Positions 63,948 through 64,000 of a DNA stretch of 64,000 bases are shown here, in pieces (within the stretch, counting starts at the first letter, position 1; the number at the start of each line of letters is the position of its first letter). The translations under genes and the position numbers were made by a program. The stretch is from positions 62,001 through 126,000 of the forward strand of contig LVLI01000325.1 of NCBI GenBank assembly GCA_001687465.1, written 5' to 3'. The notes below the pieces were generated by a model. The model worked only from the letters and a program-made list of their open reading frames with translations. It did no database searches and was not told the origin of the DNA. This DNA comes from Halocafeteria seosinensis (lineage: Eukaryota).

Positions 63948-64000
63948 CTGCGGTCACATTCGTTGTTGTATGTACTGTACAATTAAGTATACCGGTACAT

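Noticed and set aside
1..64000. CRISPR arrays, prokaryotic operons or defence systems, rRNA and tRNA genes
   Set aside because: No regularly spaced repeat-spacer pattern or recognisable RNA gene motifs seen; genes are eukaryotic with spliceosomal introns. Small RNAs could be missed without a covariance search.

Overview
Gene-dense eukaryotic DNA with short GT-AG introns, most consistent with a stramenopile protist (inferred from gene content, not proven). In order: 3' part of midasin (+); a CID/G-patch (CHERP-like) gene (+); a ~1.2 kb cluster of decayed non-LTR retrotransposon fragments with a C-terminal RNase H; ANKRD13-like (+); a TLDc protein (-); an unknown spliced gene (+); a LisH + TBCC/RP2-like gene (-); a 7TM-RGS-like gene (-); two tandem four-domain voltage-gated channels with EEEE filters (-); CTF8 (-); phosphomannomutase (+); a ~4,200 aa C-type lectin/Cys-rich/cadherin/IPT protein with ~9 TM helices (-); mitochondrial NAD(P) transhydrogenase (-); an apparently kinase-less MadBub checkpoint gene (-); a TPR-like/J-domain protein (-); and a partial unknown gene at the right edge. 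No rRNA, tRNA or CRISPR array was recognised. Exon boundaries were read by eye and are approximate; domain calls come from motif recognition, not database searches.
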